Part shown: in pieces, positions 60,277 through 64,000 of the stretch
Position numbering within the stretch: the stretch's first letter is position 1
Layout of the letters: each line of letters starts with the position of its first letter
Source: Rhina ancylostomus
Lineage: Eukaryota
Length of the DNA stretch: 64,000 nucleotides
Reading direction: 5' to 3'
Assembly: GCA_030265395.1 (NCBI GenBank)
Contig: JARFYF010000084.1
Coordinates: 82,422,254 to 82,486,253 of the forward strand
Position numbers and translations under genes: made by a program
The notes under the pieces: model-generated
Told to the model about the DNA's origin: nothing
The model's input: only the letters and a program-made list of their open reading frames with translations
Databases searched by the model: none

Positions 60277-60879
60277 TTGATTTTCAAGACCTTTTTGTCC
60301 TGGTCTTTCATGTAGAGTAGTGCTGTCTAGGCATAAGATAGGGAACTTGATAAATTATTCATTCAACCATACAATCATAGAAACTCACTGCATAGAAGGA
60401 GGTCAGATCCATGTCAGACAAATATGGATCTGCTAATCCACTTCTCAGCTCTTGGGTTCATTGCTATGTTTGATGCGTCTGTCATCACATGTCATCCACT
60501 CTTCTTTGTTCCAAAAATCCACCCCAGTGTAGCCGACCTTTCTTCGCAGCTATAATTCATCAGCCCTGCAAAGTGTTTCTAAGTCTCTGCACTTTCCCCT
60601 GTGTGCCACGTCCTACCAGTACTGTAATGAACAAAACTGTATGTTGTACTCTTCCTGTGATCTGCCTAATACTTTATACATTTCTATTATGATTTTCCTT
60701 CTCATATATTTTGTGCCATATCCTATATGCTGCCTTAACCATGTTATTTACCTGCCCGGTTATCTTAAGCTTAGTATCCTACTCTTCATCGTGTGTTCCC
60801 TTATCTTGTTTGCAATTTATGGGTTCATTTTGATGGGACCATGGCACAGGCCTGTTGATTTGTCTCATAGCTTGCACAC

Positions 60880-61350
60880 TGTTGTGGAACAGAGGTAAAA
60901 TGGAAAAGAATTTCTGTGTGCAGCTGAATTTGAGCAGGGTGTTCCATGTCCCTCCCAGTTAATGGGGTCAAAGGCTTTAGTGAGAACAAAGAAGACCGTA
61001 TACAATATCTGGTGCTGCTCCCTGAACTTTTTTTGGAATTGTTGCATGATGAAGCTCATGTCCACCTTTTCTTGAGGTGGATGGAATCCACACTGTGATT
61101 TGGAGAGAAGCTCTTCAGCCACAGTTAGAAGATAGTTGAGGAGGACCTTGGCAGTCATTTTTCCTATGATAAACATGGGGAGACCCCTCTGAGGTTACCA
61201 CAGTTGGACCTGTCACTTCTCTTGAAGATGGTATTTCTGTGTTTCCTGGTATACCCACGTCTCCCAAATGTGGACTGTAAGATTGTGAATTTGTGATTGA
61301 AGTTTCTCGCAGCTGAGTTTTAGGATTTCAGTGGGGATATCCTCAGGTCC
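60880..61350 (-). mobile_element. RTE-clade LINE RT fragment
   Basis: AEELLSKSQCGFHP…DMSFIMQQFQKKFREQHQILYTVFFVLTKAFDPIN resembles the RTE motif (QCGFR…IFxxRQLQEKCREQxxxLYxxFxDLTKAFD). Confidence 0.85.
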
Positions 61351-61379
61351 TGAGGATTAGTCACTGCCCTGTAAATGCT

Positions 61380-62900
61380 CATTTATGTTTTCCCTTAGAA
61401 TTTTTTTCTGACCACTGCTGTTAGACTGGCTGGCATGTTTTACCCTTTCTTAAACAGCAGTATGGCATCAACAACCTTCCAGTTGTCCTTTCCTTCATTT
61501 GTAGCTAAAGGCCATTGGACAGTGGTCATTATTTCTTCCATTCCTCCTTTTAATAGCCTGTGATATATTTTAACTGGTGCTGCTGGTTTATCCATTTTTA
61601 AAGATTGGAACCCATATACCATGTCCTCTGTCTCTGTGTTTATCATTTCCAGTACTTCACATATTTCTTCCTGAATGTCAATGTCTAGGTCATTTTCCTC
61701 TTCCATGAATAAAGCTGGCAAGTATTCATCCAGAACTTTGCACATTATCCACCACCACTCTCAGGCTACCATTGTGGTTTTTAATATAACCAACTCTTTC
61801 CTTCCTAATTCTCTTTTACTTTTTAACCTTGATTTGTTTTGCTGGCATTTTTAAATGCACCCTCTTAGTCTTCCTAATTTTCTTTCCAACTTTAGTGTTG
61901 CACCTTCTATACTCCCCTGAGCTTTCTACAGAGTTGAGCCCCTGTATATAGGCCCTGCTATAAGCTTCCCTTTTTTTTCCATGTACTCTGTATATTCTTT
62001 GATACCTTGGGGGTTTAGATCTTGGAGCTGCCCCTTATAACATGAATATATTTGCTTAGAACTCTCATTGTCAGCCTCCCACTGCACTGACACAGATTTA
62101 CGTTCACGGAGCTGTTCCACCAATTTTTTCTAAAGTGTTTCTCTGCCTAAGAAAATTGATCTTAATGCATTTAAGCATTTTCACTGTTGGTCTGTCTTTT
62201 TCCTTCATTATGTTAAATCAAAACAAACCATTGATCACTGCCCCTCATGTGCTCCCCCATTTGCCTGTGCTCATTCCCTGGTCCAGACCATCCCCTCTCA
62301 TTGGCCTTCCTGCATACTGTACAGACTGGTAAGGTTTTGTTGAATGTATTTTAAGAATTGTGGTCCTTCTATAGCCTTGATACTACTACCATTCTAGTTT
62401 ATATTGTAGCAATTGAAATCCCCTACTGACTTGTTATTTTTGCAGTTCACAGAAATAGCTTACATTGATGTTGTTCCATCTCCCTCTAACTGATCTATCA
62501 CATCAATATGATTGGCCTAATTTTTTTGTCTCTCAATTCTACTAACACAGCCTCAGTTACCAATCTTTGTAGTGTATTATTATTCACAAACTGACACCAT
62601 ATTTGCCTCCTATCACAGACCATCCCTTTTCTCTTTTTCTCTGAACCTTAAAATATGTTTAATCTGCAACTCTTCCCAGTTCTGATACATTCTTTGACTG
62701 AAATGCTAAATCTGCTGCTCTTAGTATGGAAGCAGTCTGACCTGCAGAGTGTTTCCAGCAATGAAGTGCATCATCCCTTCTCACAACTCTGTTTGCCTTT
62801 ACCAATATTATTAACCATCTATTTCACTTCCCTGTCAATCTTTTCTAAATCCTATGATTAGGAATGTTCAATTTTTAAGCCATGGTTTTAGACCACAATA
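61380..62900 (-). mobile_element. Highly decayed CR1 ORF2 remnant
   Basis: LKMDKPAAPVKIYHRLLK…DNWKVVDAILLFKKG (KSPGPD…WRxANVxPLFKKG motif), with upstream endonuclease-like debris. Confidence 0.7.
62676..62762 (+). mobile_element. Decayed Penelope-associated hammerhead repeat
   Basis: cagtt-CTGATAc…gact-GAAA-tgct…CTGACCTGCAGAGTGTTTCCAGCA. Confidence 0.55.
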
Positions 62901-64000
62901 TCATTATCCCACCTGTGTATTCAGGTTCTTTAGTTCATTGGTTTTATTTTCTTGACACCTTACATTATAGACAATTTAGCACTTCCAGAATATTTACTTT
63001 CTGTTTTGTTTACTTAACCTCTACAGTTGACATCCAGTGTTGCCTTTTTCCTTTCTGAAACCACTCTCAGTTTCCCATCCCACTGCTAATTAAACTCTGT
63101 CCAATCCCCTGGGGAATACTGGAATGGATATTGTTTCCAGCCCTGTTTCTCATATACAGATCTGTTTTCATATTTGTTTTGTGTTCACCTCCTTTGATAG
63201 CTAACCTAAATACCAGCGACCAGCACAGAGTAGAAATTTTACACCTTGCTTTTCAAGACTATTATTGCTGAGGAATTTGGAATCTCCCATGCTGGTCTGT
63301 TGATATCAGTGGTATTGAGCCCTAAAGAAAGAAGTGCTGGTTATAGATCCCTCTCCTGGTCAATAAAAGTGGTTCTAACAGGAATCAAAAGCCTCTAAAG
63401 AATTGACTTTAAAGTACACTTGAATCATATACAGAGCAAAATAATGATCCACACAGCCCTTGAAAGACTTGACCACAGTGCATTCTATAAACTGTTGCAT
63501 TTTTGAGCTAGGTTAACATTGCAGTTTAGATACACAAAGTTGAGTTTAATGAAGGGTTATTTCCAAACAATGATTTATAAGTTAAATCATTAACTTAGGA
63601 GGGAATAACTAATGGCAGGAGTAAAGAAAACACTTCGACCACTAGTTTTTTTCCAATGAAGTCTCTTCAAGCTTATCCATATTACAAAACTAACATGTTA
63701 CAGGTATTTTGTTACCATAACACTGCAGCTGGGTATTGAAAAGTGCCATCCATGAAACAATAATAATGGTTTTGAGTCTTCCTCTCATTTTAGTTCATAG
63801 TCCTTTCTGTTTCTAATTTAACCAGATTGTCACTTGTGTTGGCAATCTTGCTAATCCACTTTACATTCAAGGTATAGTGGGTTCCTAACTTATCAAACTT
63901 TTTGAAAAAGCAGTGAGCAATTTATTTGACTTTACATGGAAAATGTAGGCGTTTTCATGTGATGCTACTGATTTTAGTGAAGACATTGGTCTCAGGATTA

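Overview
AT-rich, gap-ridden vertebrate genomic DNA. The repeat spectrum (CR1/HER1-type LINEs, V-SINEs, Deu-domain SINEs, L2, Rex1/Babar, RTE, Penelope-like elements) points to a cartilaginous fish, most likely a ray or skate. The window lies inside the delta-catenin gene (CTNND2, + strand). Only one confident coding exon is visible (13508-13620, equivalent to human exon 3); the rest is intronic and mostly decayed transposons. Almost all other ORFs in the track are TE debris or artefacts of N runs. Main signals: (1) About nine copies of a short Penelope-associated repeat carry a minimal type-I hammerhead ribozyme motif. One copy starts at the predicted self-cleavage site, one is a fold-back copy, and two flank a Penelope RT/GIY-YIG relic. 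(2) A candidate internal CTNND2 promoter and first exon (CCAAT box, RFX X-box, GAG|GTAACG donor) contains a 43-48 aa ORF with a hydrophobic core and could yield N-terminally truncated delta-catenin from an in-frame Met in exon 3. (3) A two-gene PIF/Harbinger fossil. (4) A TG..CA solo-LTR-like insert with a 4-bp TSD. (5) An indel-free but highly diverged 31-bp minisatellite. All family assignments come from motif recognition by eye, not database searches, and TE boundaries are approximate.
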